From an uncultured cyanobacterium (GTDB taxonomy: Bacteria; Cyanobacteriota; Cyanobacteriia; PCC-6307; Cyanobiaceae), in assembly GCA_963765575.1 (NCBI GenBank), contig CAVXWZ010000005.1:1-64000 (forward strand): a stretch of 64,000 nucleotides of DNA. Direction: 5' to 3'. Positions 31,330 through 43,189 of this stretch are shown here, piece by piece (within the stretch, counting starts at the first letter, position 1; each line of letters begins with the position of its first letter). The translations under genes and the position numbers were made by a program. The notes beneath the pieces were generated by a model, which saw only the letters and a program-made list of their open reading frames with translations, did no database searches and was not told where the DNA came from.

Positions 31330-32377
31330 GGGCCTGCGGCTCCTCCGACCCGGCGGTGCCCTCCTCTGCGCGGGTCTCGCGGCCCAGCTGTTGCCGCCCG
31401 CTGCGCCGCGACGGCTTGCTCAGCGGTGCCGATGCGGCGCTGGAGTTGCTGGCAGCGCAGCGCTGCTGCCGCTCCAAGCTTGCCTGGATCTCCTCCAGAC
31501 AGTGCTGGTAAAGGGGCTCACGGTCCCAGGGCTCGGCAACGGCACAGCCAGGTTCGCCCCGGTGCAGGCAGTTGCTGAAGCGACAGCGCGCCTGGCTGAG
31601 GCCCTGGCGCACCTCTGGAAACAGGGCCGCCAGGGCCTGCGGATCAGCCGGCAGCTCGGGGCGGTTGAAACCGGGCGTATCGGCCACCAGGGCACCGGGG
31701 GCCAGGGGAAACAGTTCCACATGGCGGGTGGTGTGGCGGCCGCGCTGCAGACGACCGGATACCGCAGCAACCCGCAGCTCGAGCTGGGGGCTGAGGCAAT
31801 TGAGCAGGCTGCTCTTGCCCACCCCGGAGGGGCCACAGAGCACGGTGATGCCGGCCTGGATCAGGCGTTGCCGCAGCACCTCCAGACCCAGCCCGGTGGC
31901 CACGGACACGGCCACCGGGTCGTAGCCCCAGCCCCGCGCCCTGGTGCACCAGGCCTGCACCTCGGTGGCCGGCAGCAGATCGGCTTTGGAGAACACCAGC
32001 TCCACGGGGCGACCGGTGGCCTCGGCGGTGATCAGAAAGCGGGTGAGCTGCAGCGGGTCGGGTTGCGGTTCCGCCAGGGCCACCACCACCACCACCCGTG
32101 ACACATTGGCCACGGCCGGTCGCCGCAACAGCCCGGCGCGCGGCTCCACCCCCGCCACGGCGCCGCGGCCGGCGGCCCAGTCGATCCCGTCCAGGCGCAC
32201 CTGATCCCCCACGCAGATCGTCTGGCCGGCCTTGGCCAGGCGGGTGCGACGGGTGCAGAGCAACCGGTTCGGCTCGCCCGGGCCCGAGCGCTCCAGCTCC
32301 ACCCAGCAGTAGTTGGCCTGCAGGGCCACCACCAGGCCGCTGCGCCAAAGCGCAGCCGGCTTGCGATCAGGGGCCAT
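31304..32377 (-). CDS. rsgA: Ribosome small subunit-dependent GTPase A
   Basis: [33 protein letters not shown] zinc site. Confidence 0.95.
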   Translation of the reverse strand: MAPDRKPAALWRSGLVVALQANYCWVELERSGPGEPNRLLCTRRTRLAKAGQTICVGDQVRLDGIDWAAGRGAVAGVEPRAGLLRRPAVANVSRVVVVVALAEPQPDPLQLTRFLITAEATGRPVELVFSKADLLPATEVQAWCTRARGWGYDPVAVSVATGLGLEVLRQRLIQAGITVLCGPSGVGKSSLLNCLSPQLELRVAAVSGRLQRGRHTTRHVELFPLAPGALVADTPGFNRPELPADPQALAALFPEVRQGLSQARCRFSNCLHRGEPGCAVAEPWDREPLYQHCLEEIQASLERQQRCAASNSSAASAPLSKPSRRSGRQQLGRETRAEEGTAGSEEPQALRPRRRED

Positions 32378-32630
32378 GGCGTTGCACCAGCAGGCGCACG
32401 CCCGGGAATGGCTCCTCGTGGGGCGGTAAGGGCTGCGGTGGCTGCACCCGCTCCACCCGGTGGCCGGCCTGGCGCAGACCCTCGGCCACCATCACCTCCG
32501 GCTCACCGGCATCCAGATCCACCTGCAGCCAGGCGCCGGGGTCGAGGGCCTCCAGGGCCAGCCGGGAGCGGATGAAGTTGAGCGGACAGGGGGTGCCGCG
32601 CAGATCGATGCAGGTGCTGGGACTGGCCAC
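32367..32630 (-). CDS. TusA/SirA-family sulfur carrier
   Basis: DLRGTPCPLNF motif. Confidence 0.88.
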   Translation of the reverse strand: MASPSTCIDLRGTPCPLNFIRSRLALEALDPGAWLQVDLDAGEPEVMVAEGLRQAGHRVERVQPPQPLPPHEEPFPGVRLLVQRHGP

Positions 32631-32638
32631 AGGGCGCC

Positions 32639-33763
32639 TCAGTCGCGGTGGCCGAACAGGCCGCCGAACAGGCCACTCTTGTGGGGATGCTTCTGCCCCT
32701 TGCTGGTGTGATGGCCGGCCAGCTCCTCCAGCAGCCCGCGCTCGTGGTCGTTGATCCGGGTGGGCAACTGCACCTTGACGCTGAACTGGTGATGGCCCCG
32801 GGCCACGGGGTTGCCGAGCCTGGGTACCCCCTTGCCCTGCAGGCTGAGCACCGCGCCGGGCTGGGTGCCGGCCGGGATCGTCAGGGGCTCGTGGCCGTCC
32901 ACCGTCTCCACCTCGATCGTGTCGCCGAGAATCGCCTGCAGGTAGTTGAGGGTCACCTCGGACTGAATGGTGATGCCATCCCGGCGCAGCTGGGGATGGG
33001 GCTGCACGCTCAGGAAAACGTAGAGGTCGCCGGCGGGGCCGCCGCGCTGGCCGGCGTTGCCCTCGTTGGCCACGCGCAGGCGCGTGCCCGAATCGACGCC
33101 GGCGGGAATGTTGATGCGCAGTTTCTTGCGCACCTGCTGCAGGCCCTGGCCACCGCAGGCGGTGCAGGGATCGGCGATCACCTCGCCGCTGCCCTCACAG
33201 GTGGGGCAGGCGGCGACCTGGCTGAAGCTGCCGAAGGGTGTGCGGGTGGCCCGCCGCACCTGCCCGGCCCCGGCGCAGGTGGGGCAGCCGGTGGGACCGC
33301 TGCCGGCCTTGGCGCCGCTGCCGTTGCAGGTGCCGCAGGTTTCCAGGTGCCGGATCTGCACCTCCTTCTCGATCCCGAACACAGCCTCCTGAAAGCTGAT
33401 GGTGAGATCGAGGCGCAGGTCATCGCCCTGGCGCGGACCACGGCGGCGGGGGCCGCCCGCGGCGGCGCCACCGAAGCCGCTGAAGAAGGTCTCGAACAGG
33501 TCGGCGAAACCGCCCATGTCGCCCATGTCGGGGGCGCCGGCAGCGCCGCCCAGGCCCGCCTCTCCGAACTGGTCGTAGCGGGCGCGGGTCTGGGGATCAC
33601 TGAGCACCTCGTAGGCGCGGCCGATCTCCTTGAAACGCTCCTCAGCTCCCGGATCCCTGTTGATGTCGGGGTGGTACTGGCGAGCCAGGCGCCGATAGGC
33701 CCGCTTGAGGCTGTCGGCATCGGCATCCCGGCTGACCCCGAGCAGGTCGTAGTAATCGGCCAT
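32639..33763 (-). CDS. dnaJ: Chaperone DnaJ
   Basis: HPD J-domain, G/F region, four CxxCxGxG repeats. Confidence 0.98.
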   Translation of the reverse strand: MADYYDLLGVSRDADADSLKRAYRRLARQYHPDINRDPGAEERFKEIGRAYEVLSDPQTRARYDQFGEAGLGGAAGAPDMGDMGGFADLFETFFSGFGGAAAGGPRRRGPRQGDDLRLDLTISFQEAVFGIEKEVQIRHLETCGTCNGSGAKAGSGPTGCPTCAGAGQVRRATRTPFGSFSQVAACPTCEGSGEVIADPCTACGGQGLQQVRKKLRINIPAGVDSGTRLRVANEGNAGQRGGPAGDLYVFLSVQPHPQLRRDGITIQSEVTLNYLQAILGDTIEVETVDGHEPLTIPAGTQPGAVLSLQGKGVPRLGNPVARGHHQFSVKVQLPTRINDHERGLLEELAGHHTSKGQKHPHKSGLFGGLFGHRD

Positions 33764-33766
33764 GGA

Positions 33767-34519
33767 TCAGCTGTCGGAGGTGGGGGCCCAGGCCTCGCCA
33801 GCGCTCGCTGACCCGGCAGCGGGCGTGGCGGCAGCGGAACCGGGAGCGGGTCCCGGTCCCATGGAGACCTTCACCAGGGCGTGGCGCAGCACGCGGCCCT
33901 GAAGTTGGTAGCCGCGCTGCAGTTCGGCAATCACCACGTCCTCGGGGTACTCGTGGCTCTCCTCGCGCAGCACCGCCTCGTGGAGATTGGGATCGAAGGG
34001 CTCGCCCTCCACCCGCATCGGCGCCACGCCCAGCTGCTTGAACACATCCACCAGCTGCTTGTAGAGGCCCTGGTAGCTGCGGTGGAGGCCCTGGGCCTCC
34101 TCCTCCTGGGGATTCAGCTGCTGGCGTGCCCGCTCAAAGTTGTCCACCACCGGCAGGATCTCGCCCAAGGTGCTGCAGGTGATCTGCAGGCGCAGGTCGT
34201 CCTGGTCGCGGCTCTGGCGCTTGCGGAAATTGTCGAAGTCCGCCGCCAGGCGCATGTACTGGCCGTTGAGGCTCTCGTGCTGAAGCTGCAGGGCCGCCAA
34301 CTGGGCCGCCAGATCCGGGCCCGCGTCGGCAGCAGCTGGGGAGGGGTCCTGGGCAGCAGCTACCTCCGGCCCCACCCCGGTGGCGTCCACCGCCGCGGGC
34401 TCGGGGACAGCGTTCTGGTCGGACAGCCGGTTCTCGGCCTCCCCAGCCACCTGCGCGAGTGGCTGCTGCAGATCAGCGCCGGCATTGGACTCGGGCCCGA
34501 CCGCAGATTCTCCACTCAT
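33767..34519 (-). CDS. grpE: Nucleotide exchange factor GrpE
   Basis: [37 protein letters not shown]. Confidence 0.97.
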   Translation of the reverse strand: MSGESAVGPESNAGADLQQPLAQVAGEAENRLSDQNAVPEPAAVDATGVGPEVAAAQDPSPAAADAGPDLAAQLAALQLQHESLNGQYMRLAADFDNFRKRQSRDQDDLRLQITCSTLGEILPVVDNFERARQQLNPQEEEAQGLHRSYQGLYKQLVDVFKQLGVAPMRVEGEPFDPNLHEAVLREESHEYPEDVVIAELQRGYQLQGRVLRHALVKVSMGPGPAPGSAAATPAAGSASAGEAWAPTSDS

Positions 34520-34605
34520 GGCTGACAGGCCCACAATTTGGTCTTAGACATGTTGGAACTTGATGGGCTGCTCCCACAAGCGGGGGAAGCCCGCACCTTT
34601 GGCCC

Positions 34606-36394
34606 ATGACGCTCAGCCCCGCCAGGCCCGTACCCGAAGCCGTCAGCGCCGCCCAACAACGTCTGGAGATCGAGCTGCTGCGTGGCGAGTCGGTGCTCAG
34701 CGCCGAGCAGCTGCAACCGGAACAGCTCCAGAACACCGTGCTGCCCCTGGAGCGCTGGTTGCAGCTCGGTGCCTGCCCGGCGGGTGAGCCCGAGGCGGGA
34801 CAGCTGCCGGTGGCGGTGCCCAGCCACTGGGACCAGGAGCAGCGCCAGCAGCTGGCGGGCGAGCTCAATCGCAAGGGCTACCTGCCCCGCTTCCGGCTCG
34901 CCCTCAGCCCGGACATCCAGGAGGCCCTGGGCCGCACCCTCGAGATCCCCGCAGCGGCCATCCCCCTGCACTCGCTCACCGACGAGCTGGGGCTGCGGGC
35001 TGACAACGGCGAGGAACTGCAGGAGATCTCCGATCTGGAGGATCTGGAGGCCAATCCGGCCAAGTCGAATGCCGATGCCAACGCCTCGCCGATCATCAAT
35101 CTGGTGAACAGGCTGCTGGTGGAGGCGCTCAACAGCGAGGCCAGCGATATCCATATCGAACCTCAGGAGCACTCCCTTGATGTGCGCTTCCGGCTGGACG
35201 GGGTGCTGCAGAAGCGTTTCGAGGATCTGCCCCGCAGCCTGACCCCGGCGGTCACCTCCCGGATCAAGATCATGGCCGACCTGGACATCGCCGAACGGCG
35301 CATGCCCCAGGACGGCCGCATCCGGCGCCGTTTCCGCGGTCGCCGCATGGACTTCCGGGTGAGCACCCTGCCCAGCCGCACCGGCGAGAAGGTGGTGCTA
35401 CGGCTGCTGGACAGCGGCGCCACCGAACTGGGCCTCGACACCCTGATCACCGACCCGGAGGCCCGGCAGACCCTGCGCGACCTCGGCTCCAAGCCCTACG
35501 GCATGGTGCTGGTGACCGGCCCCACGGGTTCCGGGAAATCCACCACCCTCTACGCCCTGCTGGCGGAACGCAACGACCCGGGCATCAACATCTCCACGGT
35601 GGAGGATCCGATCGAGTACACCCTGCCCGGCATCACCCAGACCCAGGTGAACCGGGACAAGGGACTGGACTTCGCCACGGCCCTGCGGGCCTTCATGCGC
35701 CAGGACCCGGACGTGCTGCTGGTGGGCGAGACGCGCGACCTGGAAACCGCCAAGACCGCCATGGAGGCAGCCCTCACTGGTCACCTGGTGATGACCACCC
35801 TGCACTGCAACGACGCACCCAGCGCCATTGCCCGACTCGATGAAATGGGCGTCGAGCCCTTTCTGGTGAGCGCTTCGTTGCTGGGGGTGATCTCCCAGCG
35901 CCTGGTGCGGCGGGCGTGCCCTGCCTGCCGAATTCCCTATCACCCCGAGCCAGAGGAACTCAGTCGCTTCGGCCTGATGGGCAGCCAGGAGTCGGAGGTC
36001 ACCTTTTACCGGGCCAATGCAACCCATGTCGGCATGGAGGGCTGCTGCCCGGTGTGCAACGGCACGGGCTACAAGGGCCGCATCGGCGTGTTCGAGATCC
36101 TGCGCATGAATGACGAGCTCTCGGCGGCGATCGCCAAACGCCAGAGCACCGACGTGCTGCGCCGCATGGCCCTGGAAACGGGCATGAAGACGCTGCTGGG
36201 CTACGGCCTGCAGCTGGTGCGCGAGGGTCACACGACCCTGGCGGAGGTGGAGCGGATTCTGCTCACCGATTCCAGCCTGGAGAGCGAGCGCCGCGCCCGC
36301 TCCCATGCATCAGCTCAGCTGCGGGACCTGCGGTGCAGGGCTGCGGGAGGAGTGGCTTGAATGTCCCTACTGCCTCACCAGCACCCCGCTCTGA
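34606..36394 (+). CDS. pilB: Type IV pilus extension ATPase PilB (frameshift ~36305 before C-terminal zinc ribbon)
   Basis: ASDIHIEP, DIAERRMPQDG, GPTGSGKST, RQDPDV, CPAC/CPVC; shifted tail CGTCGAGLREEWLECPYC. Confidence 0.92.
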
Positions 36395-36416
36395 ACGTCC
36401 CCGTGTCAGGTTCCCC

Positions 36417-37496
36417 ATGGCCGTGATGATTGAAGACCTGATGAGTCAGCTCGTTGCCGACGGCGGCAGCGACCTGCACATCAGCGCCGGTTTACCCCCC
36501 TACGGACGCTTCAACGGCCAGCTGCGGCCGATCCAGGACGACCGGCTCGACAGCGATGTCTGCAACAAGCTGATCTTCTCCCTGCTGAACAATTCCCAGC
36601 GCAAACAACTGGAGCAGAACTGGGAGCTGGACTGCTCCTACGGCCTGCGCGGCGTGGCCCGCTTCCGGGTGAACGTGTTCCGGCAGCGCGGCACCTACGC
36701 CGCCAGCCTGCGCGCCCTGGGCAACGACATCCCCAGCATGAAGGCCCTGGGTCTGCCTCCGATCGTGGAGGAGACCAGCCGCCTGCCCAAGGGCCTGGTG
36801 CTGGTGACGGGCCCCACCGGTTCAGGCAAGACCACCACCCTGGCGGCGATCCTGGACCACATCAACAAGACCCGCGCCGAGCACATCATCACGATCGAGG
36901 ACCCGATCGAGTTCACCTACCGGTCCGACAAGAGCGTCGTGCATCAGCGTCAGGTGCATGACGACACCCGCAGTTTCGCCAACGCCCTGCGGGCGTCACT
37001 CAGGGAAGACCCCGACGTGATCCTGGTGGGAGAACTGCGCGACCTGGAGACGATCCAGCTGGCGATCACCGCCGCCGAAACCGGTCACCTGGTGTTCGGC
37101 ACCCTGCACACCAGCTCCGCCGCCCAGACGGTGGACCGCATGGTTGATGTGTTCCCATCCGGCCAGCAGACCCAGATCCGGGTGCAGCTCAGCACCAGCC
37201 TGGCCGCGGTCTTCGCCCAGACCCTCTGCGTGCGCCACAACCCTGCGCCGGGAGAGCTGGGTCGGGTCATGGCCCAGGAGATCATGATCAACACACCCGC
37301 CGTCGCCAACCTGATCCGTGAGGGCAAGACGGCCCAGCTCTATTCCCAGATCCAGACGGGAGGTCAGATGGCGATGCAGACCCTGGAGAAGGCACTGGCC
37401 GACCTGGTGGTTGCCAACCAGGTGACCATGGATGAGGCCCTGTCCAAGACCACCAAGCGCGAGGAGCTCAAGCGTGTGATCAACCAGCTGAGCTGA
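36417..37496 (+). CDS. pilT: Type IV pilus retraction ATPase PilT
   Basis: SDLHIS, GPTGSGKTT, LREDPDVILVGE, TLHT, AVANLIREGK. Confidence 0.96.
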   Translation: MAVMIEDLMSQLVADGGSDLHISAGLPPYGRFNGQLRPIQDDRLDSDVCNKLIFSLLNNSQRKQLEQNWELDCSYGLRGVARFRVNVFRQRGTYAASLRALGNDIPSMKALGLPPIVEETSRLPKGLVLVTGPTGSGKTTTLAAILDHINKTRAEHIITIEDPIEFTYRSDKSVVHQRQVHDDTRSFANALRASLREDPDVILVGELRDLETIQLAITAAETGHLVFGTLHTSSAAQTVDRMVDVFPSGQQTQIRVQLSTSLAAVFAQTLCVRHNPAPGELGRVMAQEIMINTPAVANLIREGKTAQLYSQIQTGGQMAMQTLEKALADLVVANQVTMDEALSKTTKREELKRVINQLS

Positions 37497-37538
37497 TCCC
37501 CCACCGCCCCCCTGCGTCGATCACCGCACAGGCCTGCC

Positions 37539-38798
37539 ATGCCCACCTTTACCGCCAGCTACACGAACAGCCGAGGCAGAACGCAGGCCATCGAGGTCGA
37601 CGCCGGTGATGCCCTGCAAGCCAAACGCCGCCTGCGTCAGCGCGGCATCCGGGTCACCGACATCAAGGTCAAACGGCGAAGCTCGGCCAGCAGCCAGCGG
37701 GCCGAGCGGGAACTGCAGCAGAAACTGCGCTTCTCCGGTCTGAAGAGCGCTTTCGAATGGCGGCCGGGCATCAAACAGCGGGCCGTGTTCGCCAGCAAGA
37801 TGGGCGCGCTGGTGAGCACCGGTGTGCCGATCATCCGCAGCATCGATTTGATGGCATCGCAGCAGAAGCTGCCGTTGTTCAAGCGAGCTCTGGAATCGGT
37901 GAGCCTGGAACTGAACCAGGGGAACAGCCTCGGCGCGGCGATGCGGGCCTGGCCAACTGTCTTCGACCGGCTCACCATCGCCATGGTGGAAGCGGGTGAA
38001 GCCGGGGGTGTTCTTGATGAAGCCCTGCGCCGCCTGGGGCAGCTGCTGGAGCAGACCGCCAGGCTGCAGAACAAGATCAAGGGGGCGCTGGCTTATCCGA
38101 TCGCCGTTCTCGTGATCGCCATTGCGGTGTTTCTGGGGATGATGCTGTTCATCATTCCGATCTTCGCCGACCTCTATTCCCAGTTGGGCGGCGAGTTGCC
38201 TGCCTTCACACTGTTTTTCGTCAACATCAGCAATCTGCTGCGCTCCAGCGCCGCTCTGTTCGTGGCGGCCGGTATCGCGCTGGCGATCTTTCTCTTCGTG
38301 CGGTTCTACAAAACCCACTACGGGCGACGGCGCGTCGACGCCCTGATGCTGAAATTGCCGCTGTTCGGTGACCTGATCCAGAAAACAGCCACTGCCCGAT
38401 TCTGTCGCACGTTCAGTTCACTCACCCGGGCCGGCGTGCCGATCCTGCTGTCGCTGGATGTGGTGCGGGAGATCACCGGCAATTCCATCATCGCCGACAC
38501 CATTGCCAACAGCCGCGAGGAGGTGATGCAAGGCATCCCGCTGAGTGTGGCCCTGGGGCGCACCAAGGCCTTCCCCGAACTGGCCCTCAGCATGCTCTCG
38601 ATCGGGGAGGAAACCGGCGAGATGGATACCATGCTCTCCAAGGTGGCTGACTTCTATGAAGACGAGGTCGAAAATGCCACCAAGGCGCTGACGTCCCTTC
38701 TTGAGCCGCTGATGATCATCGTGGTGGGTGGAATCGTGGGCGTGATTCTGGTGGCCATGTACCTGCCGATGTTCAACATCTTCGATCAGATTCGCTGA
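37539..38798 (+). CDS. pilC: Type IV pilus platform protein PilC (GspF family)
   Basis: AGEAGG, ALAYP, IGEETG, LLEPL..YLPMF. Confidence 0.95.
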   Translation: MPTFTASYTNSRGRTQAIEVDAGDALQAKRRLRQRGIRVTDIKVKRRSSASSQRAERELQQKLRFSGLKSAFEWRPGIKQRAVFASKMGALVSTGVPIIRSIDLMASQQKLPLFKRALESVSLELNQGNSLGAAMRAWPTVFDRLTIAMVEAGEAGGVLDEALRRLGQLLEQTARLQNKIKGALAYPIAVLVIAIAVFLGMMLFIIPIFADLYSQLGGELPAFTLFFVNISNLLRSSAALFVAAGIALAIFLFVRFYKTHYGRRRVDALMLKLPLFGDLIQKTATARFCRTFSSLTRAGVPILLSLDVVREITGNSIIADTIANSREEVMQGIPLSVALGRTKAFPELALSMLSIGEETGEMDTMLSKVADFYEDEVENATKALTSLLEPLMIIVVGGIVGVILVAMYLPMFNIFDQIR

Positions 38799-40062
38799 GC
38801 TTGGCCTGGCCCTCGTCGAGGACCGGCCTCGGCGAGGCCATGTCCAGCAAGCCAGCCTGAGGTCCAGCAGTGCTGGAAGTTGAAGCCTCCGGTGACGCCA
38901 TCGACATCCAGCAGCTCCCCCACGAGCTGCAGACCGGGCTGGAGTCGGCTCTCCATCGTGGCCAGATTCACCTCTCCCAGGGGCACCCCACCAGCGGTGA
39001 CGAACTCCTCGCCGAAGGGCCCACGGCCGCTGACCGCATAGGACGGAATCCCGCAGCGCGGCGATCAACCGGCGCTGCTGGTCGCGCGGCGAGTTCGGCC
39101 CAGCGCCGGAGCGGCTCCACCCCCGCCCGGCCCAGCAGGTGCTGCCAGAGCCTCCGGCTGAGCTCCGGCCAGGGGCGGGCACTGGCGAGCTGGCGCCGGG
39201 CCTGGCTGACGCGGGCCTGCTGGAACAGCTGCTCGAGATCCCCCTGGGAGCGGCCACCGCTCCAGTCAACGCGCAGCCTGGCCCGGTAGCGGCAGGCCTG
39301 CAGCCGACGGGCGGCGAAGGCGGTGAGCCGCAGGATGGCCGGGCCGCTGAGGCCCCAGTGGGTGATCAGCACTGTCCCGCGCTGCCGCAGGGGGCCTCCG
39401 GCGGGCAACTCCAGAGTGAGGCCCACCGGATCCATCGCCACGCCGGCCAGGGCCAGCAGGGGGTCATCCGCCAGGGCCAGGCTGAACAGGGAGGGCACCG
39501 GCGGCACCTGGCCATGGCCGAGGGAGGCGGCCAGGCGACGGCCGCTGGGATGGCTGCCGGTGGCCAGCACCAGCCGCTGGGCCGTGACTGGGTGGGGCTG
39601 CCCGCGCAGCTGCAGGGCAAAGCCCCCCGGAGCGGGGGCCGCGGCCTGCAGGGCGACACCGGTGTGCAGCCGCACACCAGCGGCGGCGGCCGCGCGCCGC
39701 AGGGTGTTCACCACCGAACTGGAGCGGTTGGAGCGGGGAAACAGGCGACCGTCGGGCTCCTCCACCAGCTCCAGGCCATGGTCGTTGAACCAGGCCAGCG
39801 CATCCCCGGCGGCAAAGCGCGAAAATGGGCCCCGCAGCGCCCGGCTGCCCCGCGGGTAGTGACCCACCAGCTCGCCGGGATCCCAGCAGGCATGGGTGAC
39901 ATTGCAGCGGCCACCGCCGCTGATGCGCACCTTGGTGAGGGGCTCGGGGGTGGCCTCCAGCAGGTGCACACCGCGCACGCCGGCCTCGGCGGCGGTGATG
40001 GCCACCATGAACCCGGCCGGACCGCCGCCAGCCACCACCACGGGCCAGCGCTCAGAATCCAT
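38786..40062 (-). CDS. HI0933/BaiN-family flavoprotein (two apparent frameshifts ~39045 and ~39085)
   Basis: [30 protein letters not shown]-terminal [23 protein letters not shown] in another frame. Confidence 0.88.
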
Positions 40063-40099
40063 CGCTGGGCAGCATGGGGGCACTGGGCAGCATGGCGGG

Positions 40100-41152
40100 A
40101 TGGAGCAGCACGTGAATCCGGGCCGGGCGGGCGCCAGCTATCGCTTCAGTGTGGCGCCGATGATGGACTGCACCGATCGGCACTTCCGCGTGCTGATGCG
40201 CCAGATCACCCGCCACAGCCTGCTCTACACCGAGATGGTGGTGGCCCGGGCCCTGCACCATGCCCGTCGCGCTGACGCGACGGCGGCCCCCGGCGGGCGG
40301 CTGGAGCGTTTGATCGGCTTCGATCCCTGTGAGAAGCCCCTGGCGTTGCAGCTGGGGGGCGACGAACCGGCCCTGCTGGCCGAGGCCGCCCGCCTGGCGG
40401 CCGACTGGGGCTACGACGAAATCAACCTCAACGTGGGCTGCCCGAGCGAGAAGGTGCAGCAGGGCCGCTTCGGGGCCTGCCTGATGGCCGCACCGACGCA
40501 GGTGGCGCGCTGCGTGGAGGCGATGGCAGCCGCCAGCCCCCTGCCCGTGACCGTCAAGCACCGCATCGGCATCGATGCCCGCGACTCCTATCCGGAACTG
40601 CTGGCCTTCGTGGACACCGTGGCGGCGGCGGGGGCGCGGCGCTTCAGCGTGCACGCGCGCAAGGCCTGGCTGCAGGGCCTGGATCCGAAGCAGAACCGCA
40701 CCATCCCACCGTTGCGTCCGGACTGGGTGCACCGGCTCAAGGCGGAGCGGCCCCAGCTCACCATCGAGATCAATGGCGGCTTGCAGAGTTTGGAGGACTG
40801 CCTGGGCCAGCTGGAGCACGTGGATGGGGCCATGGTGGGACGGGCCGCCTACGACCATCCCCTGCGCTGGACCGAGGTGGACCGGCGCATCCATGGCGAT
40901 CCAGCGGCGAAGCCGGCGACGGCCGCCGCGGTGCTGCGCGGCCTCATCCCCCACGCCGAGCGCTGGTGCGGCCGCGGCGAGCGACTCTGGCCGATTGGCC
41001 GCCATCTCGTGAAGCTGGTTCAAGGGGTGCCGGGAGCTCGCCCCTGGCGCCACCAGCTCAGCCAGGCCGCCGGCGAGCGCCAGGCCGGCCCGGAGGTGCT
41101 GGAGCAGGCCGCACTGGCCCTGGAGGCCGCTCAGCCCTCGGCGCCGGGATAA
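40100..41152 (+). CDS. dusA: tRNA-dihydrouridine(20/20a) synthase
   Basis: SVAPMMDCTDRHFR, NLNVGCPS, TVKHRIG, VHARKAWL, NGG, MVGRAAY. Confidence 0.93.
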   Translation: MEQHVNPGRAGASYRFSVAPMMDCTDRHFRVLMRQITRHSLLYTEMVVARALHHARRADATAAPGGRLERLIGFDPCEKPLALQLGGDEPALLAEAARLAADWGYDEINLNVGCPSEKVQQGRFGACLMAAPTQVARCVEAMAAASPLPVTVKHRIGIDARDSYPELLAFVDTVAAAGARRFSVHARKAWLQGLDPKQNRTIPPLRPDWVHRLKAERPQLTIEINGGLQSLEDCLGQLEHVDGAMVGRAAYDHPLRWTEVDRRIHGDPAAKPATAAAVLRGLIPHAERWCGRGERLWPIGRHLVKLVQGVPGARPWRHQLSQAAGERQAGPEVLEQAALALEAAQPSAPG

Positions 41153-41680
41153 CCGCCGTCACCATCCTGGAAGCCCCCCTCACCACCACCGCCGGCACCA
41201 CTGCGGCGGCGGCGGGTGCGCCCGGCCTCGAAGCCGCCCTCGGCGGCGCCACTGCCATAGCTGCGGTCTTCCCAGCCGCGGGCCCCTGAATCCCTGGGGC
41301 CGGAGGGGGCCTCCGGAGCAGCGCCAGAGCCGCCGCCATAGCCACCTCCAGAGCCACCTCCGTAGCCGCCACCGGCACCCTGGCCACCACCGCCGCCGTA
41401 GCCGCCAGCCGCCGCCACCGGTGCGGCGCGGGGCACTGCCGCGGGGCTCAGCCTTGTTGATGCGCAGCGGACGACCCATCAGCTCGGCACCCTGGAGGGC
41501 CTCGATGGCACGGCTCTCGCTGTCGGGATCGGCCATCTCCACGAAGGCGAAGCCACGCTTGCGGCCGGTGTCGCGCTCCAGGGGGAGGGAGCAGTTCACC
41601 ACCTCCCCGTAGGTGGAGAAGAGCTCCATTACATCCTCCTGCTCAGCGCGGAAGGGCAGATTGCCGACGAAGATGCTCAC
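41131..41680 (-). CDS. RRM RNA-binding protein with Gly-rich tail (frameshift ~41420)
   Basis: IFVGNL (RNP2), RGFAFVEM (RNP1); GGYGGG repeats and GWEDRSYG tail in shifted frame. Confidence 0.92.
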
Positions 41681-41743
41681 ATCAAGGGGGCAGGCGGGGG
41701 AAAAGAAACCCAGCCCTAGAACTGTGTCAGCCTAGAACCGCAT

Positions 41744-43156
41744 TCAAGCCTGGTTCAGCGGCTCGGGCCCGAGGCGTTGGCGCGCCCCCTCCAGCTGGGT
41801 TCGCACGCGCTCGAAGCCGGTGCCGCCCTCGCTGCGGCGAGCGGCCACCACCTGGCGCGGAGCAATGGCGGCGAAGATGTCGGCCTCAAAGGCAGGATGC
41901 AGCTGCTGCCAGCGCTCCAAGGCCAGCTCCCGCAGCAGCAGCCCCTCCTCCAGGCAGGTCTTCACCAGGCCGCCCACCAGCTGGTACGCCTCACGGAAAG
42001 GCACGCCCCGGACCACCAGGTAGTCGGCCACATCGGTGGCGTTGGAGAAGTCGGCCGCCACCGCCGCCTCCAGGCGCTGGGGCCGGAACGCCAGCCCCTC
42101 TTCGAACAGGATCGCCATCGCCTCCAGGCACTCGCGCACGGTGCGCACGCCGTCGAAGAGGGCCTCCTTGTCCTCCTGGAAGTCTTTGTTGTAGGCCAGG
42201 GGCAGGCCCTTGATCATGGTCAGCAGGCCCATCAGATGCCCGAACACCCGACCGCTCTTGCCGCGCACCAGCTCGGGCACGTCGGGGTTTTTCTTCTGGG
42301 GCATGAGGCTGCTGCCGGTGGCACAGCGGTCGCTGAGGGTCACGAATCCGAACTCCTCGCTGGCCCAGAGGATGACCTCCTCGGCCAGGCGGCTGAGGTG
42401 GGCCAGCACCAGGCTGGCCGCCGCCATGAACTCCACGGCGAAGTCACGGTCGCTGACAGCGTCGAGGCTGTTGGCGTAGATCGCCTCGAAGCCCAGTTCG
42501 GCCGCGGTCTGGCGCCGGTCGATCGGCACCGGTGTACCCGCGAGGGCGGCCGCCCCCAGGGGACAGATGTTCACCCGCCGGCGCACGTCGGCCAGCCGGG
42601 AGCGGTCGCGCTCCGCCATCTCCACGTAGGCCAGCAGGTGGTGGGCCAGGCAGAGGGGCTGGGCCCGCTGCAGATGGGTGTAGCCGGGGATCAGGGTGTC
42701 GGCATGGCGCTCGGCCTGGGCCAGCAGGGCCCGCTCGAAGCGCAGCAGATCCGTGTCAATGGCATCGAGCTGGCGCCGCAACCAGAGCCGCAGGTCGGTG
42801 CCCACCTGGTCGTTGCGGGAGCGGCCGGTGTGCAAGGTCTTGCCCAGCGGACCGAGCAGCTCGATCAGCCGCCGCTCCACGGCAAAATGCACATCCTCGG
42901 CCTCCAGACCGGGGTTGAAACGGCCTTCGGCCGCCTCGCGGCGCACCATCTCCAGCCCCTCGATCAGCCGGGCCGCGTCCGACTCACTGATCACCCCGCA
43001 GCGGCCGAGCATGCGGGCATGGGCCACCGACCCGTCCAGGTCCTCCTGCAGCAGGGCGATGTCGAAGCCGATCGAGGCGTTGAAACGCTCGATGGCGGGA
43101 TGGAGGCCCTGGTCGAAGCGCTGGCTCCAGGTGGACGCGGAGGAATCGACGGCCAT
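41744..43156 (-). CDS. argH: Argininosuccinate lyase
   Basis: [31 protein letters not shown]. Confidence 0.98.
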   Translation of the reverse strand: MAVDSSASTWSQRFDQGLHPAIERFNASIGFDIALLQEDLDGSVAHARMLGRCGVISESDAARLIEGLEMVRREAAEGRFNPGLEAEDVHFAVERRLIELLGPLGKTLHTGRSRNDQVGTDLRLWLRRQLDAIDTDLLRFERALLAQAERHADTLIPGYTHLQRAQPLCLAHHLLAYVEMAERDRSRLADVRRRVNICPLGAAALAGTPVPIDRRQTAAELGFEAIYANSLDAVSDRDFAVEFMAAASLVLAHLSRLAEEVILWASEEFGFVTLSDRCATGSSLMPQKKNPDVPELVRGKSGRVFGHLMGLLTMIKGLPLAYNKDFQEDKEALFDGVRTVRECLEAMAILFEEGLAFRPQRLEAAVAADFSNATDVADYLVVRGVPFREAYQLVGGLVKTCLEEGLLLRELALERWQQLHPAFEADIFAAIAPRQVVAARRSEGGTGFERVRTQLEGARQRLGPEPLNQA

Positions 43157-43189
43157 GGAGGGGCGCGCAGGGGCTGGGCGGGCTGGGGC

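Noticed and set aside
34520..34605. CIRCE element upstream of grpE-dnaJ
   Set aside because: No TTAGCACTC-N9-GAGTGCTAA present
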